In this document: one piece after another, positions 62,493 to 64,000 of the stretch
Numbering within the stretch: the first letter of the stretch is position 1
Layout: every line of letters begins with the position of its first letter
Source of the DNA: Eledone cirrhosa
Lineage: Eukaryota
Assembly (NCBI GenBank): GCA_964016885.1
Contig: OZ024742.1
Span: 235,786,001 to 235,850,000 of the forward strand
DNA: 64,000 bases
Direction: 5' to 3'
The notes under the pieces: generated by a model
The model's input: only the letters and a program-made list of their open reading frames with translations
Told to the model about the DNA's origin: nothing
Databases searched by the model: none
Program-made: the position numbers and the translations under genes

Positions 62493-62557
62493 TATTTTGT
62501 CTGATGAAGGCATACCATAATTTAATTTGGTATCCCTGAAATATGTATAATGAAATA
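62493..62557 (+). ncRNA. Minimal type I hammerhead ribozyme (right arm)
   Basis: Stem I TATTTTGT/ATGAAATA (8 bp incl. 2 GU); CTGATGA 62501-62507; stem II AGGCATACCA/TGGTATCCCT (9/10); GAAA 62538-62541; self-complementary stem III ATATGTAT; predicted cleavage after AUA at 62549. Confidence 0.75.
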
Positions 62558-62596
62558 AATATGGTTTTATAAATATAGTTTCCATTTATTAATATC

Positions 62597-63027
<431 letters not shown>

Positions 63028-63030
<3 letters not shown>

Positions 63031-63190
63031 TCATCATCATCATCATCGTTTAACGTCCATCTTCCACGCTAGCATGGGTTTGGACGGTAATTTTCCCACT
63101 TGAGGCAAGATTGGTTGTCTTGCTCGTATAGGACTGTCTGGCGGGTTTTCTACGGGTGGATGCCCTTCCTAACACCAACCACGTTTACAG
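63028..63190 (-). mobile_element. 3' end of a LINE/SINE with (GAT)n tail
   Basis: Minus strand ...CCGTCCAAACCCATGCTAGCGTGGAAGATGGACGTTAAAC(GAT)n. A related tail lies at 58203. Confidence 0.55.
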
Positions 63191-63529
63191 TGTGGACTGG
63201 GAGGTTTTTACCGTGTTACCTACACGGCCACATTACAGCGTGGACTGTGTTTTTTTTTGTCGTGACACCTACACGACCTCATTTGTTTCGGACTGGTTGT
63301 TGTGGTACCAACATAACTTTACATAGGAAGGGGTGGTGTGGATGGGGTGGGGGTAGTGGGACGGGGATGTATTTTTGTTAGAGGTGCCTACTGACTGTAG
63401 GTTTCGCTTTGTACTTAGGCAAGGCGGGTCTTCTGTATTACTGTGTATCGCCAAAGATCTCCGTCCAGTGACATTGTCTTGGAGAGGTGTAAGTGTGTGA
63501 GGTCGGAATTTATGTATATATATATATAT

Positions 63530-63941
63530 GTTAGTTTAACGAGGTTTTTTATATGAAATCGTGTGTCGAAACAAATATTGTTATACTTGGGGAGGGTCAT
63601 ATTTGTGTAATATTGCCAGACTGAATAAAAAAAAAAAAATTAAAAAAAATGGCGTAGACATACAACACAACAGGAGGAAAATATAACACCACTGACGATG
63701 TTGCAGATGTGCAACGAAAGATTTATGTAAATTATGTAAACTATATATATGTGTTTGTGTCTATATTGTATCTGTATTATTTTTGACCGTCGGTCAGTCA
63801 ATGGCAACATTGAGGACCGAGTAAGCTAGAGTACAGATATAAAAGACAGCGAGAAGCGAAAACCAACCAAACAGTGAGTGTGTTCTGTTATTAATTCTGG
63901 CAATATTACACAAATATGACCATCCCCAAGTATAACAATAT
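63530..63941. mobile_element. Inverted-repeat + tail element in TA-rich context (family D)
   Basis: 46-bp inverted repeat 63575-63620 / 63896-63941 (1 mismatch), extra tail 63530-63574, TA runs on both sides, hammerhead-like core in the spacer. Confidence 0.65.
63690..63727 (+). ncRNA. Hammerhead ribozyme-like motif (weak stem I)
   Basis: CTGACGA 63692-63698, extra T, perfect stem II GTTGCA-GATG-TGCAAC, GAAA 63716-63719, near-palindromic AGATTT, A. Stem I is only CA/TG. Confidence 0.5.
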
Positions 63942-64000
63942 ATATATGTTTGTATATATATATATATATATTTATTAAAATAACAGATTAAAGTTTAAGC

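Larger units (their letters stand above)
62157..62602 (-). mobile_element. Foldback + tail element in (TA)n (family C), Penelope-like inverted pLTR candidate
   Basis: Near-perfect palindrome 62243-62602 (arms ~177 bp, loop 62420-62426), tail 62157-62242, (TA)n on both sides, hammerhead in each arm. Confidence 0.8.

Overview
Eukaryotic (metazoan) non-genic DNA. The SINE families and (TA)n load suggest an octopus/cephalopod genome (inference). Positions ~100-44484 are one complete 44-kb G/T-rich tandem array of an 18-bp unit (GGTAGTGGTGATGGTGTT) with nested higher-order duplications; its long ORFs are repeat artefacts. The remaining ~19.5 kb holds no intact host protein gene. It contains a tRNA-Pro cluster (3 intact genes, 4 decayed or partial copies), many tRNA-derived SINEs, an internally deleted L1/Tx1-type retrotransposon, a Buster/Charlie hAT remnant, and a Helitron-bounded block carrying a CRE-like retrotransposon tail. 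The most interesting signal is a set of short non-coding elements inserted in (TA)n that share a foldback + tail architecture. Three of them carry recognisable minimal type I hammerhead ribozyme cores with palindromic stem III, consistent with non-autonomous Penelope-like/retrozyme-type elements. All calls are by eye; no database searches or folding computations were run.
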